A stretch of 64,000 nt of DNA, from the NCBI RefSeq assembly GCF_009834535.1, contig NC_045697.1, positions 113,648,001-113,712,000 on the forward strand. Reading direction: 5' to 3'. This stretch comes from Camelus ferus. Its lineage: Eukaryota. Below are positions 13,192 through 27,000 of this stretch, piece by piece (position 1 is the stretch's first letter; every line of letters begins with the position of its first letter). Position numbers and translations under genes: made by a program. The notes under the pieces are model-generated. The model was not told the DNA's origin. It saw only the letters and a list, made by a program, of their open reading frames with translations, and made no database searches.

Positions 13192-15234
13192 AAAGTCCCT
13201 AGTTTTCTCAGTTGCTGAGAGGATTATTCTGGGTGTTGGCCTTTACAAATCCCAAATTGCCTACAATGACAGCCTGGGTTTTGCAAGTTATAATGACCAG
13301 AAGGGGCCAAGTGAGGGCCCCTGAAATCCAGTCTTGGCCCCACCAGCCCTACTCTGGGCCCACTTTTATGGGACATTTTTTACTATTTTTCTTAAAGTCA
13401 CTATGTGGATAGTTCGGTAATGGTAGACCGTGGTTGACATCCAGAGGTCATTGACTTCAGTTTCTCAAGAACCACTTCCCCAATTTTGCTTTTAAAAATG
13501 ACTGGGTAGGTCAGAAAAACCCACCAACAGATGTATACTTTGCGTCTCTCAAACACAGGTCTGAATACAGGGACTAAGTCTATGAAGAGAGGTTTGAAAA
13601 TTGCTCCGTGTCTTTCGGGAGCGAGCCTGTGACAGAGCCTCTGTTCTATGGCATTTGGCACCTGAGGATAAGGACTCTACGCTGAAACTTTACAGATACT
13701 TTCTTAGCCAGTCTCTATATTCTAACCAGAGATTCGTAATTTTAGAGCAGATGGTCATGATTTGAAAACAATGTGGAGTGATGCTTATTTCACCAGCACC
13801 AAAGTTGACCACCTAAACTGAAATTTAAACTTTTTCTAATAGCTTCTCTTACTGCTCAATTTGACACTTGGGCAAGTGTTATTCATCTAGATTGAATACA
13901 CTTGAGTTGAAGTCATATCAGACCAACTGAGTAGCAGTTGGACCATCATCATCAAATGGTTTATTCTTGGAATAAAATGGATATCTAAGTGAAAACTGTA
14001 TTAATGCCCTTATTTAAATTTTATAGTTACAATAACCTAACCAAAAAGGAAACAAAACAAAACAAATTAAAACATAAAAAACCTTTATTATGAGTGCAGT
14101 GCAGGGCAAGATAACCACCAGAAATGTCAAAACACTGACACAAATAGAAGGCTTATAACTGCACTTCTAGTACACACTGGCAAAATGTCTCAAATTTCGG
14201 TTGTCCCATTACAGAAATTTCAGGACTTCTTGCACTTGAATAAGATAATAGATACACCACTAAAATTTGCTTCTTAAAATTTGTATTTGACACAAAGAAA
14301 TATGTGGTATAGATCAGTTAGACTTTTTTAACCAAATTAAATATGTGATAGAAACAACAGATTTTGTAGAGTAGGATGAATAATCTTTCTTTTGGTGCAA
14401 AAGCACTGGCCAAATTCCATGAAAAATCAGTGTTCTACAAATTCCTTTGTGAGTTTCCTTGAAAACGTATAATCATGTAAAAAAAAAAACTTTTAAAGAA
14501 TGATGATACGTTTAGATCTCACTGTAATATAAAAAGATATGTCATTTTAAATGGCTTTTGATTCTAGTAAGAAATGGAGAGCATTTATCCTCAAAAAAAA
14601 AAGAGATATAAGTCACATATTATAGAAAATATTACAAATAATTCTATAAGCTTCTAATTGCCTAATGGGCCCTTGAACGTAGTACTATGATACTAATGTG
14701 CACCACTTCATGTGAAATTACACATATTTAAATTTTTTTGATGTTTTATGTATAGAGTAAAGCTGTGAAAGTTTAAATAGAGACTTTGACATTTTGAGAA
14801 CCCTTGAATGAAGTGACAGTATTTTTGATAGCTGCTTTCAACTGTCCCTAAATCACAGACTTGATTAAAACAAGTGAAAAGCACTCCACCACAACGAAGT
14901 GAAATGCAGTGAATCAACTTTCCTCAAATAGTCCGAGTCCTTGCTCCTTGCCAGGGCACTGTTGTCTCTGACAACAGTGTTTGGGTTTGTTTTTTCAGTT
15001 ACGATAGGGAATTTGGGCCAGTGTGTGTGAAATAACAAAGGAGACATTTCAGAATTTCTTTTTCCTTGACTCTTGATTAGCCACCTGGTGTCAGCCTGGG
15101 AGATTCTGAAGGACTTAATTGGACCCAGCAGAAGGTAGTTTATCCAACCATCCCTCCACGTTTTTAACAAGCACTCACACTGTTCTTTGGGATGATCTAT
15201 GGTCACATTTCCCATGTATACTTTTTTATCTTTT

Positions 15235-15428
15235 TATTTAACTTTTTTGACATTTTTTATTGATTTATAATCGTTTTACAATGTTGTGTCAAATTCCAGT
15301 GTAGAGCACAATTTTTCAGTTATATATGAACATATATATATTCACTGTCACATTTTTTTCTCTGTGAGCTACCATAATGTCTTGTATATATTTCCCTGGG
15401 CTATACAGTATAATCTTGTTTATCTTTT
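15235..15428 (-). mobile_element. 5'-truncated L1 3' end (variant subfamily)
   Basis: T-rich tail then ttattgatttataatcgttttacaatgttgtgtcaaattccagtgtagagca...ccctgggctatacagtataatcttgtttatct, an inverted relative of the L1 terminus seen elsewhere in the window. Confidence 0.7.
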
Positions 15429-15659
15429 TTACATACCTAGTCTCTGATTGAAAGATGCTATTAATATAAGGAAGGAGGTACAATAAAACATTACTTTAAA
15501 TATTAGTCCACAAGGGGCAATCATCCATATTTTTAGTGAAATTTTACAACTGTCAGGAGAAATTCGAGGATGCTGCTTGCTACTTCTGTCTTCCAAAAAA
15601 GAGAAGGCTGATGTGATACACAAAGGCGTACTAGACAAAGACTCATCAGTGATAGGGTG

Positions 15660-15979
15660 GCCATTTACAGCAACATGGATGGAACTAGAGATGCTCAAAG
15701 TACATACAGAGAAAGACAGATATCATATGATATCACTTTTATGTGGAGTCTGAAAAATGACCCAAATGAACTTAGTTGCAAAACAGAAACAGATTCACAG
15801 ACATAGAAAACAAACTTGAGGTTACCAAAGTTGAAAAGAGGGGGTGGGATAGATTAGGAGTTTGAGATTAATAGACAAACACTACTATATATAAAATAAA
15901 TAAATAACAAGGACCTTGTGTATAGCACAAGGAACTATATCCAATATCTTATAATAACCTATGATGAAAAATAATGTGA

Positions 15980-16033
<54 letters not shown>

Positions 16034-16112
16034 GTATAAATAACTGAATCACTATGCTGTACACCAGAAACTAACACAACATTGTAAATCAACTATACTT
16101 CAACTTAAAAGA
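15660..16112 (+). mobile_element. L1 3'UTR fragment
   Basis: ccatttacagcaacatggatggaactagag...aaacagaaacagattcacagacatagaaaacaaac...gctgtacaccagaaactaacacaacattgtaaatcaactatacttc. Confidence 0.85.
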
Positions 16113-17277
16113 AATGATAGGCTCAGATCAGCAGTAGTGGTTGTAATTCTGAAGGAAATGATTAAAATCAAATGTACTTGGGAATATTCTCTGCCTTCTT
16201 TGTGCTCTTCCTATTTCATTAATGTGATAAGATTCAGCCTAAAAAGGTGCCCTAGTTTGTAAGGACAAATAGAAATATAAAGGAGATGAGAAGTAAGACA
16301 AGGTGAAGGAACTTGCTTACGTGTGACTCAAATATAAACTCTTTACTCTAAAGAGTCAAAATGAGCTTATGCTTGAGTCCAGCCCAATACATGAATTTGG
16401 AGGCTATATATATATACATATATATACACACTAACAGATATAATATACATGAATTTGTGAAAATGTCCTCCATCTATATACATTTCTTCGTGGATGTAGG
16501 GAATTGGATGGCAGTGCCAGCAGTAACTAGCTATTTGGATTGCTTAGAATCCTCATTTCAAAACTATTGTGACTTTGGACCCTGCTTTTATTTTTAATAT
16601 ACTAAAATTTTACATCACATGAGCACAGCTTCATTGTGTACATTCTAGGGAGTAGAAAAGTGATAGAAAGTTCTTGATTGTTCCTTAGGAATCACCATGA
16701 ATAAATACCTTTGAGAGTAAGTAAATCATTGCCAAGGTTGAACACAAAACTAAAATGTATTTTATCATAATTTGGATGAAACCTTTCCATTATGGTATAG
16801 AGTATTTCTTTAAATTAGATTTATGTAGACGTTGATGAATCCATTTCCTTTCTGGAGTCAATCTGGGTTTTTTTTTTTTTGTTTGTTTGTTTTTTTCCCT
16901 GAATGTGCAATTTAAATTAAGGCTGTCAGGAAATGTTGTCATGGTTACCTGCATCATGTTAGCATAAAATGAGAGAATTTTTGAAAATTTCCCTTCCAAT
17001 TGCTATTATCACTGCATTACGTGGAAAGCAATTATATCCTTTGGGGATAATAAGCATTTTACTACATCTACGTGGCACTCATTTGTAACTCACTTGTAAT
17101 GGAACTCCCTTTTCATTTTATTCCCTACGGGGGGCAGGATAATGAAAGAATGTTACAGAATCTGGGAGATGATTTGAATTTGGACTTTCCTTATAAAATA
17201 GGTACACATTGCTTATAATTTCCCTTCTCTGGGGTCTTTATTTTCGTCCTGCTTAGTATTTTTTGTTATTCTATCTC

Positions 17278-17278
17278 C

Positions 17279-17310
<32 letters not shown>
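17278..17310. repeat. (AAC)n microsatellite
   Basis: Direct reading. It explains the poly-Cys ORF at 17271-17456. Confidence 0.95.
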
Positions 17311-17743
17311 AAAAGACAGGCTTCCCAGAGAAATAAATTCAAATGCTTCTCAATCAATCCGAATAATCTTGTTCTTTGAACTACCTGGAAGTCTTTATTC
17401 AGTGTCCTGCTACGTTTCAACCTCAAAGATGGATACTGTCTATAATGTTCTCTCATTGCATGTGGTAGAGAGCCTTGGCTATTTCATAGTTAATCTCACA
17501 GTTAAAGATGTTGACTAGTAGATTCTGTTTGGGTGAGTTTTGGGACAATTTCTCTTTATTTGTGTGTTTTTAATACTTCCTCCAGCTTTGTCTGGAATCT
17601 GACTTTTCACCTATGTTTACCATATTTCTTTTTATTCTAATATGGAATGAAAACACTGCACTTCATATAAACTATAAACGTGATACTTCCCACAAGAGAC
17701 TAACAGTACAGAACTTGCAGGTCTTCTCTTTGGCAAACTCAGA

Positions 17744-17891
17744 TTTTTTAACATCGTTATTGAGACATGGTTTCTGTACAGTAAACTACACATATTTCAA
17801 ATGTACAATTTGATGAATTTTGATAGATGTGTACACCAGTGAATCCACTACCACAATCAAGATAGCTCACATTTCCATCACTCCCCAAGAG
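17744..17891 (-). mobile_element. Short (~145 bp) L1M-like 3'-terminal element
   Basis: The reverse complement reads ctcttggggagtgatggaaatgtgagctatcttgattgtgg...ctcaataacgatgttaaaaaa and aligns without gaps to 60790-60934. Confidence 0.75.
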
Positions 17892-17899
17892 CTGTTAAA

Positions 17900-18075
17900 C
17901 TCTTTTTTTTTTTAATTGAAGTACAGGCAGTTACAATGTGTCAGTCTCTGGTGTGCAGCACAATGTCCCAGTCATGCATATACATACATAGATTTGTTTT
18001 CATATTCTTTTTCATTAAAGGTTATTACAAGATACTGAATATCGTTCCCTGTGCTATAAAGAAGAAACTGCTTTT
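17900..18075 (-). mobile_element. 5'-truncated young L1 3' end
   Basis: Poly-T then aattgaagtacaggcagttacaatgtgtcagtctctggtgtgcagcacaatgtcccagtcatgc, the reverse complement of the motif at 50555-50620. Confidence 0.85.
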
Positions 18076-20167
18076 TAACCTCACTCTTTTTCTGTGTGGC
18101 CCTGACCAGATGGAAGACTTCCTTCTCAAAGGCAAGGTCTCCAGTGCAGAATTATTTTCCTTCATTCACAGTACTGTGGGGGAATAGCTCCCTACAACCA
18201 GAATTGCCATCGGGACAATGCCAACGAAATGTCAGCTGATAATGTGTGCCCTGTATTCTCTCTGCTTCCAATTCCACAAAGCGAGAATATTACTCAGTAA
18301 TCCTTGTGACATCGGTTTGGTGGAGACTTGGAGAATTTCACCCAGCCGATCCCAGAATTAACATGATGATAACCTGATGTTCACTTGCATGGCAATTGAG
18401 AAAGAACTCGCAAGTGCATCAGCGAACGTTACACACCTCACCCCAGAAGCACTTAGAGCTGGTGTTTTCACTGTCTCCACTTTACATGGAGGGGAAACAA
18501 GGAATTAGAGGCAGGCAGTGACTGGACAACATACCCTTGGTATCTGACCCCCAAGGTGATGACAGATAAAACCCAAGCTTTTTCTGCCGTACATCATGAT
18601 TCCACCTCTTCAATCTCCATGCCCACACCTGGAAAAACAAATACTTGTGCAAAGGATCCAAACTAGAATGAGAGACAATGAGAAAAGTCAGGTCAGTTTC
18701 TTTTTTTTTTTTTTTTCCTCACTTTAGTTTTTCCCATTTAAAAAGTATTATACTTTTATTGATTATTTTTCTGGGTGAATATTAAGACCTGAAATGTGCA
18801 TTCATTGTGGTTTTCTGATTTTGTATGGTTCAAGTGCTATTCTGACCCTTATCTTCTCTATTTTAGAAAAATACCTGTTTGATATTTTAGTTAAAATATC
18901 ATTTTTTTTTCTTTATGGCAAAAATCTCTTTGCTGACTTCACCTAATGTAGGAAAAGCCCGGATTGCTCCCAGAACAGTTGATGCTCAGAAGTCTGACAG
19001 GCAATTTCCTGGAATAGCCCAGCTCTGAGAGGGTGAGTGCACACAATATGCCAGAGGAAAACAACTAAATGGTGACAGGGAACAACTAAACATAGCATTA
19101 GAGTAAGTGGCTGAATTAGTGACAATCAATGGAAGTTTCCAGAAAATAGGTCTAGGCTTTTAGTGAGTGTCTGTGATCTAATTCTACTCAACGCAAATAA
19201 TTGATTTTCCAGAAACTAATTTGAAGTTTCTCTACCCAATACTCACACACAGAAATATTTACTCTAAACATTTTGGTGAGTTTTGAAAGCAATCTAATAA
19301 TGAACTGAATTACCTTAATATAGCATAATGCTTAAAGTGTATATTTTCTGAGTCTGCATTATGCTACCATTAAAACATGCCATTAAAATAGTGGTTTCTT
19401 TCTACCTATCTTCTTTTGTAACATATACTGGAATTACACTTTTATTAGTGTTCATATTATTACAAAATTGGCTTCATGGTGTTCCTGTGTTTTAAATGCT
19501 TTTTTCACTTAATGGGATATCAAACTCGAATCAGGACTCATATATACTTCTATCAACAATGTGTAAGAACTCATATTTTCCCATATACTCGCTAAAATGG
19601 GACATCATGACATTTTAAATCATTTGAAATGTGGAACATGATCTTTATCATTTAATTTGCAATTCTGAACTCTAGCAATGGGGAGCTTGGAATTGTGAGT
19701 TGGGAAGGTTGGGGAAGTCTTTTCCAAGGAAATGCTAACTGACCCGACCTCTGAAGGAGGCAAGGGAGCAGATTCTTACAGAGTGAGAGTCCAAGGGGCA
19801 CAGCACATGTCAGGGTCCAGAGAGGATGCTAGAGACCTGGGGCCAAGCCAGGAAGGGGCACTTGGTTAAGATGAGGCTGGCGAGGTGGGTGAAGACTGGG
19901 AAACACAGGGGTTTTTAGAACCGTGCTCTTCATCTGAGAACTATGACAGACATGGACGAGTTGCATGCAGAAGGTCTGGGCATATTCAGGTTTGTTTGCT
20001 AAACATTTCATTCTCCTTGCAGTGACTGAGCACTGCCCTTCTCTCAGCTCCACTCACTACCGCCGCAGGAGAGAAGCTGCCACAGCTGTGTACACACACG
20101 CTCATACCCTGGACCTTGGCATGACCTTATACCTTGATCCCAACTCTCACAGTTTAGCACCCCTTCC

Positions 20168-20729
20168 TGTTATTTTTTTAGGCAGTTAGACAAATGGGGG
20201 CAATGGGCAGATAAGGTGGAGGAGGAGGAGGAGGAGGGTCCGTTAAGATGGCGGTGTGCCTGCCTTCAGCATAAAGGGCCTTTACTTCCTCTAAATGAGA
20301 GCCAGCAAGAAACTGGTTAGAACCTAACAGCCACAACTGTGTGGAAGTGACAATGACCTAACCTGACATGACCCCGTGCTCACTGTGGTACAATTAACAT
20401 TGCGGTTCAGACGTCCCTCCCCCATGGGTTTTCCGTGTGCATCATGGGTAAGGACATGCGCAAAAGGGGACAAGCGCGACTAAGAACTCCAGGGGCAAGA
20501 GCTGTCCATCAACCAAGAGACCACCTCTAAGCGAGGGTGTGAGACAGGGCACCAGGAAATACCCGAGCTGCCATCCGCTCTTGGATCAGCCTGCCTCCCC
20601 CCCTTGGAGGTGTGCTTTCAGTCAGCTAACAAAATCCTTAAAATCTTTCACTACACAGTGCTTTTGTCTCCCATTTGAATTCTCTTTCGGGCAAGTCAAG
20701 AACCTAGGCCTTTCCCTTTTGGGGTAACA
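20168..20729 (+). mobile_element. Solo ERV LTR (~560 bp)
   Basis: Inverted termini TGTTA...TAACA. GC/CpG content is above that of the flanks. There is a YY1-type motif AAGATGGCGG (~20245), a decayed poly(A) signal region (aacaaaa, ~20628) and a U5-like end (gaattctctttcgggcaagtcaagaacc). The TSD is imperfect. Confidence 0.75.
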
Positions 20730-21341
20730 CTTTGACTTAAACTTGTGATCCCTATTCCAAAATTCCTTGACCTCACTGAAGCCCCCACTTCAGTGAATGT
20801 ATCATTTTTTAAACCTATTATCCATTTCATAATCTATTAACCCCTCGATGGCTGCATATCCTTCACCCAACCAGGATCCCATGGCCCACCACTGTAACAG
20901 CTCCAGGGCAAATATCCATAACTCCATTGTTCCTCTGCCCTCTACCATCCACACCTGGCTAAACCTTGCTCAGCCCAGTGATCTACATTATAATTGAGCT
21001 GAAGAAGCTAAGTCTTGACAGAAATATATCACAAAACTCACTGGACTCACTTAAAATTTACGGACAAAAATGAAAAGTGGATGTTCAACAAAGAAAGAGT
21101 ATTTTACTTTACCCTGCTTGCAAATTCTTTTTCCTTTTCCCTAAAATGATTCTTCCACATCATGTCTTTGCTTTTTTGGGGCCACTATTACAGAACATCA
21201 CACACTGGGTAGCTTATAGACAACAGAAATGTTTTTCTCACAGTTCTGGAGTCTGAAAGTTCAAGATCAGAATGTCGGCATGGTCAGCTGATGGCCCTCT
21301 TTCTGGTTGTAGACTCCTTGTCATAACTCACATGGTGGGAG

Positions 21342-21774
21342 TGTTACAGCAGGCAGAAAGCTAGATATGAGCAGAGAGACGGAGCATGGGCCACATGGCA
21401 GGAAACCATACATCTTGTGAACAACAGGGGTCCTTGGGCAGACAGAGAAAAGCAGGAACCTCTGGACTGATAAGAAATCACACATTTTGGGGTGACAAGT
21501 GTCCTGGAGGCAAACAAAGGTGGGAAAAGGCAAGAATCTCTGGTGTCCAAATGTAACCTTTTGCTCATTATGCCCTCGTTAAAATAATATAGCCTTGCAG
21601 ATTAGAAGTACTCATCATGCACCAACACCATGATGCTTCCGATCCAGACTAACTAAGGACAAAAGTCACTCCTTCCCTCTGGAAGGTGGAACTGAGATAG
21701 AAATCAGGGAATACATAGGACTCCAAACTCCTCCCTCTCCAATGACTATTCTGCCCATTACCTAATCTCCAACA
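21342..21774 (+). mobile_element. ERV LTR nested in MLT1, probably internally deleted
   Basis: TGTT...AACA termini and a near-TSD GGAG/GCAG. It interrupts MLT1 continuity. Strand is tentative. Confidence 0.5.
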
Positions 21775-21785
21775 GCAGGAGCTTT

Positions 21786-21980
21786 GTGCACACAGCCTGG
21801 GGACTATTTACGCACAGTCATCAAACAGTTAACCTCTTCCATTTGGTTTAGCATCTATATAACAGTTCAGAAAGTGTGCATCAGATACTATTATGTAGGT
21901 ACCTCAGAGAGGAGCTATAGCAGAGGATATGGGGGAGGGGTCTGTCCCAGGAAGGACCCATAGGGTCCTGCTTCATTACA
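21786..21980 (-). mobile_element. ERV LTR fragment nested in MLT1
   Basis: Ends in ggggaggggtctgtcccaggaaggacccatagggtcctgcttcattaca, an LTR terminus I recall from artiodactyl genomes, directly before MLT1 resumes. Confidence 0.5.
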
Positions 21981-22179
21981 TAATCGCCTCCCAGAGGCTC
22001 CACTTTTTAAAACCATCACATTGACTTTAGGATTTCAACATATGAGATTTTAGGGGGGAATGCAAACATTTAGACTGTAAATCACTACATAACTTCTTTC
22101 CTCAAGTTTCCTCAAATCTCCACATTCCTCAGTTTGAACCATTGTCTTTTTCACATTTCACTAAAAAGTAACTAAAATC

Positions 22180-23130
22180 ATTAAGAAACGATCTCACCTT
22201 TCTACCACCAACTCCATCAACCTATCTGCATTTGTACAAAATACTTTGTCCAAGATTGACCTAACAGTGGAAGATTTCTTCCTTCTCCCCAAGGCCAATC
22301 CACATATGAGTTAGATCCCACTCATTATCAAACTTTTCTAAGACTTTGATCTTATCAAATATTTTCCATTTCTATTGTGTCATTCTAACCAACATAGAAA
22401 CATGCTGTAATAGAAATATCTTTGAAACAATCTCCATTGAGCTCACATTTTCTTTCAGCTGCTACCCCAAAATTTCTCTCCTTCTCGTAAGACTTAAACT
22501 CCTAGAAAAATTTGTCTAAGCTGCCTCTCTTTCCTCACTTCCACAATTTTCTTTAAACCATTCTAATTCATCGTTCATAATCACTAGGGATTTGAATCAG
22601 GGTTAGTGTTGATGCATACTGATGTCAAAGCCAATGGTAACATATCTGTCTTAATCTATTGAATTTCAATAGCATTAGACACAGTTTGCCACAACTTCCT
22701 TGAGTACAATGTCTTCTCTGTACTTCCATCACTTCCAGTGTGTTTGTTGTTACTCGTAAATCACTAGGCTCTTTCTTGTCTGCTGCTCTGTAAGAACTCC
22801 AAATATTGGAGACACCTTGGGTTCTATCCTCAGCCTCTTCCACTTGCCTTCCACCTCTTATCTCCTAAGTGACCGTAGTTTTGCTAGTCTTCTCTGAACT
22901 TCAGATTTACATATCCAATCACCTACATGATATCTCCATTTAGATGCATTATATCCCTCTCAATATAATATTGAAAAAAGTAACTGTGCATTTCCATGTC
23001 TCATTTCACTCCTCAAAAACTGTCCCATCTTCTTAAGTAACACTAATAATATCTTCTTCTTTTTAAAGGCAAAAATGTAGAAGACATCCTTGAGTTCCTT
23101 TCTTGACCACCCAGATGCAATATCTAATTC
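22180..23130. mobile_element. Highly decayed LINE-2-like sequence
   Basis: L2-like motifs (tctctgaacttcagatttacatatccaatcacctacatgatatctccatttagatg; agcattagacacagtttgccac). Recognised by eye. Confidence 0.45.
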
Positions 23131-24065
23131 AACAACAACAACAACAATCTATGAACTCTCTGAATATTACATATCATATAAACTTTTCCTCTTTAAAGTA
23201 GTTATTTGTGAAGTAGAAATAAACATTTGAGTCTTTAGAGAATCATGGCCATGGGCAGAATTCATCCCAAAGGGAAGAGTGTATAGAAGGTTAAAAAGTC
23301 TTCACATTGAATCATAAATAAATTTGATATACGAATCAATGTGGATAAATTAGTTATCAAGTAGAAAGAAGTGATAAAAGATGCAATAGGAAAATCAAAA
23401 GACTGAAGGATATGGGAAAATTCAAGAAATTAAGTGTACTACTGGTGTTGAATGCCTTTGAATAATCAAATAAGTAGAAGAATTTAAAATGTCAGTTGTA
23501 TGTGAAGATATAGAAGCCTTTTTAACTTTATCGAGAAGTGTCTTAGTAGAGTTATACTGGTGGTGGTCCTGTTGAAATGTATTGAATAGGGGTCAGGAAT
23601 CAGGAAGAGGCAACAACATGTACGGAAAATGTTTTTGAGGGATTTGTATATGAAAGGAAGGCACATTCGACTAAGCACTAGGAAGATCTGAACAAGAGGT
23701 GAGATTTTTCTTTTTTTAATTAGAACAGAAATTTTTGCAAGAAGGTGGAGTAATATCAGACTGGAAGCAACAAGGGTTATGCTTACATATTTCCTAATGT
23801 TTCTGGCAAGAAAGAGAACAGACAACTGAGGTGACGGCAAACTGGTTTCCTCAGTGAGTAGTCTGGCTTCAGTGAGAGTGAGGAGAGAGGGAATCCTTCC
23901 GAGAAAATGAGGATATAACGGTCTTACTGATGACAAAGATGTAGTTCTGAAGGACCAGAGGGAGAGAGGACGAGGCATGCATGGAGGCTCAAGAGCATCC
24001 AGATGCTCCTGGAATGCGGGTATAATGGACGATCAGCAGGAAGATAACCTATAAAAATATTTCAG

Positions 24066-24390
24066 AGATGGAGCACAAGAGATGTTTAGGGCAATGAAAT
24101 TACTCTGTATGACACTATAGTGGTGGCCACATGTTATTATGCATTTGTCAAAACCTGTAGAATGTACAACATCAAGAGTGAACTCTAATGTGAACTATAG
24201 ACTTTGGTTGATAATAATGTGCCCATGTTGGCTCATCAATTGTACCAAATACGCCACCCTGATGAGGGATGATGAGGGTAGCGGAGTGTATATCTGTGGG
24301 TGGGGAGCGCTATGTGGAACTCTGTATTTTCTGCTCAATTTTGCTATGAACCTGAAGATGCTCTAAAAAAAAAAAGTCTATTAGTAAAGA
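24066..24390 (+). mobile_element. L1MC-like 3' end
   Basis: tttagggcaatgaaattactctgtatgacac...catttgtcaaaacctgtagaatgtacaacatcaagagtgaactctaatg...ctcaattttgctatgaacctgaagatgctctaaaaaa. Confidence 0.75.
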
Positions 24391-26797
24391 AAAAGTTTAG
24401 AAGTCTCTTTAAGAAGTGTGGGCACTCTGCCTAAGATCCAGAGAGAATTTTGGCTGAAGGGGTGACTAACTCAGGGGCTGCAAAATCTATAGCCTACTGA
24501 AGCCTCCTACTCTGGCCACATGGGAAATGTCAAGGTCTCTAATCTTACACTATTTTTAGCTATACCAGCTTCAAATAAAGTAAAACTAAGTAAACAATAT
24601 GAAGAAGGTCACATTTTATTTGGTGCTATTGTATACTTTTAAAAACAATTGTATTTTAAATAAAGCAATCTGTAAACACATATCTGAAAATAATTTTCTC
24701 ATAGTAGTTATGTCTGTGACATTGGCTACTTGTTCCAACATAGCTGATATATTTTTTTTTTTTTCACTGAAGTAAAGTAATTTTGAAGGCATGTGATTTG
24801 ATGGGGAAGAGCGGGAAAGTAAGAGACTGATTCCTGCCCCTCCCCCACCAAAAACAACAACAACAACAACAACAAAACTTACAACAAAAAAGACACAAGA
24901 GAAATTCTTTGAAATCTGACAAATATTCTACAATATACTTGAAATGAGCCAGTAAGCCAGTTATAATGATCTCTATTAAATAGAGAATTGAGGCTCACAA
25001 CAGTTAAGAATGAATCAAACTCATAATTACTAAGCGATGAAGACTAATTTCGAGCTCATTTTTATGAGTTTTCTCCCAATGTACTTTTCTTCTATAGCAC
25101 ACTGCTTCTTCATCGAGGCTTGTATTATGAACCTGATTATAACCTTTGCTGAGGATAAAATTACAGCCATCTGAACATCTGCTGCTTCTTTTCTGTGGTA
25201 CTAAGGTTTCTTTAAAGAGTTGGTAGCTGGAATACTAATTTCAACTCTGGCAATAATTAACCATCGGCAGTGATTTTCATAATGACATTGTCTAAGAAGT
25301 TGCTACAGAACTAGAGATATTTTTAGTTTAATTTTAAACAGAGCAGCCACTTCACTGTGATTTCCAAAATAAGTATTTTTTTTTGATGAGAATAAAAACG
25401 TTATTTTCAATTCATCTTTTTTTTTTACCATGCCTAAGATCAGATTGACATGGATTTGATGTTTTCCTTGAGGTATTTTAGATCAGAGTAAGAAATGGGT
25501 TGTATTTTGCATAATTATTATAAAAACATTACATAATATAAAGATGTAAAAGAAAGCATTTTTTAAAATTATTGATTATCTAATATTCCATTGCCCAAAG
25601 TCAACATTAGTGTATTTAGCATTTTAGCATATTTCCTTGAGTTTTAAGATGTTAATCTTTGCATGCATGCATACAGTCTTCATAGAATTTGGGTGTCTAC
25701 TCAGTACCAGACACCGATCTAAGCCTAGGCACTGAACCTACACAATACACAAGACAGCCAAGGCTCCTGTCTTCAATAAGCCACTCTCTCCTGCTCTCTT
25801 TGTCTCTGTCTCTCTCTCCTGAATACAAACTGACATGGATATATAGAGAGTATCTTTTTGTTTCTTAGACTTATACTTTGACTATTTCTCTATATTTAAA
25901 TAGTTCTTGTGTTGTATTACTGACCATGGACTGTTCAAACGATAACAGACCATTCCCCTACCATTAGAGATTCAAATCTCAGTTTATAGTATTGTATTAT
26001 CAGTGGAATGATTAAATTTTTACATATTTTATTAATTACCTTCTGATCATTCAACAATGTTACTTTTATAAAATCTGAAAAATTAAAATGATAGAACAAA
26101 AAGAGTTACTCATTCTACCATCTTTAAGTAATTATTGTTTATTTTATGAGAGTCCATCTCAGCTGTCAGTAAATTTGTTGTAATTCCTTGTGCTATGTTT
26201 GTATTCTCTTACTTTAATTACAGTTGTATCTAACACTTTTCATATTTATTTCTAAATTGATTTCTAAAAAAAAAATCCAGTGGTTTTGAATGCACATCTT
26301 AATAGTGCCTGAACTTGTGAGTTAACTCTTGCTTATTGATTCACTTTTTGCATTTTCTTTATTTGCATTTCTTTGACCATTATAAAGGTGACTGTTTTTC
26401 CATAATTTTACTAGCCATGGCCAGTTTCTTTTCTCTACGTGTGTGTATACAAATATATATGTATATATTCACATGTCTGCTTCCGTTTGTAGCAAAACTC
26501 TCTTGAGTTGTTAATGAACATTGTACTTATTTTGTATATTTTTGCTTTTCCTTGAACCCTCTTCAAAAAGACAATTTATTTTCCCTATTGCTCCAATAAA
26601 ATATCTCTTCTTAAGACAGCTGACGACATCCATGTTATCAGTTTTCACCACTGAGTTTTACATTAGTTGTAAACTTTTCATATATGGCCTTTATGTTGTT
26701 GCAGTATATTTCCCCTATATCCACTTTGTTGAGAGTTTTTATTATAAATGGGTATTGAATTTTTCAAATAACCCATATCTATTGATCATATGTTTTT

Positions 26798-27000
26798 TTT
26801 CAAATTTTTTTCAATTGTCATTTTTTTTGTTTTTGAGCTTTTTTTTTTTTTTTTTACATTCCATATTTTTTAAATTTCTTTTTTTATTCTTTTTCGATGG
26901 GAGGTAATTAGATTATTTATTTTAATGGAGGTACCAGGGATTGAACCCAGGACCTTTTGCATGCTAGGCATGCGCTCTACCACTGAGCTGTACCCTCCCC
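26798..27000 (-). mobile_element. tRNA-derived SINE (camelid Vic-1-like) with long A-rich tail and TSD
   Basis: The minus strand reads GGGGAGGGTACAGCTCAGTGGTAGAGCGCATGCCTAGCATGCAAAAGGTCCTGGGTTCAATCCCTGGTACCTCCA, with Pol III A and B boxes in a tRNA-Ala-like head. The ~19-bp TSD is ctattgatcatatgttttt (26779) / ctattgatcaaaagttttt (27001). Confidence 0.9.

Larger units (their letters stand above)
21170..22082 (-). mobile_element. MLT1-type MaLR LTR split by nested LTR insertions
   Basis: The left part (cacactgggtagcttatagacaacagaaatgtttttctcacagttctggag...ctcacatggtgg) and right part (taatcgcctcccagaggctccac...ggatttcaacatatgag...aaacatttagac) are typical MLT1, separated by about 640 bp of unrelated LTR-like DNA. 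Confidence 0.75.

Noticed and set aside
18952..19032. Possible 81-bp exon (AG...GG|GTGAGT)
   Set aside because: Stop codons in all three plus frames and a weak polypyrimidine tract.
23484..23978. 164-aa minus-strand ORF
   Set aside because: No recognisable protein similarity. It lies in decayed LINE-like sequence and has a composition typical of a chance ORF.
26925..27000. Functional tRNA-Ala gene
   Set aside because: It has a SINE body, an A-rich tail, a TSD, and a second degenerate copy in the window.
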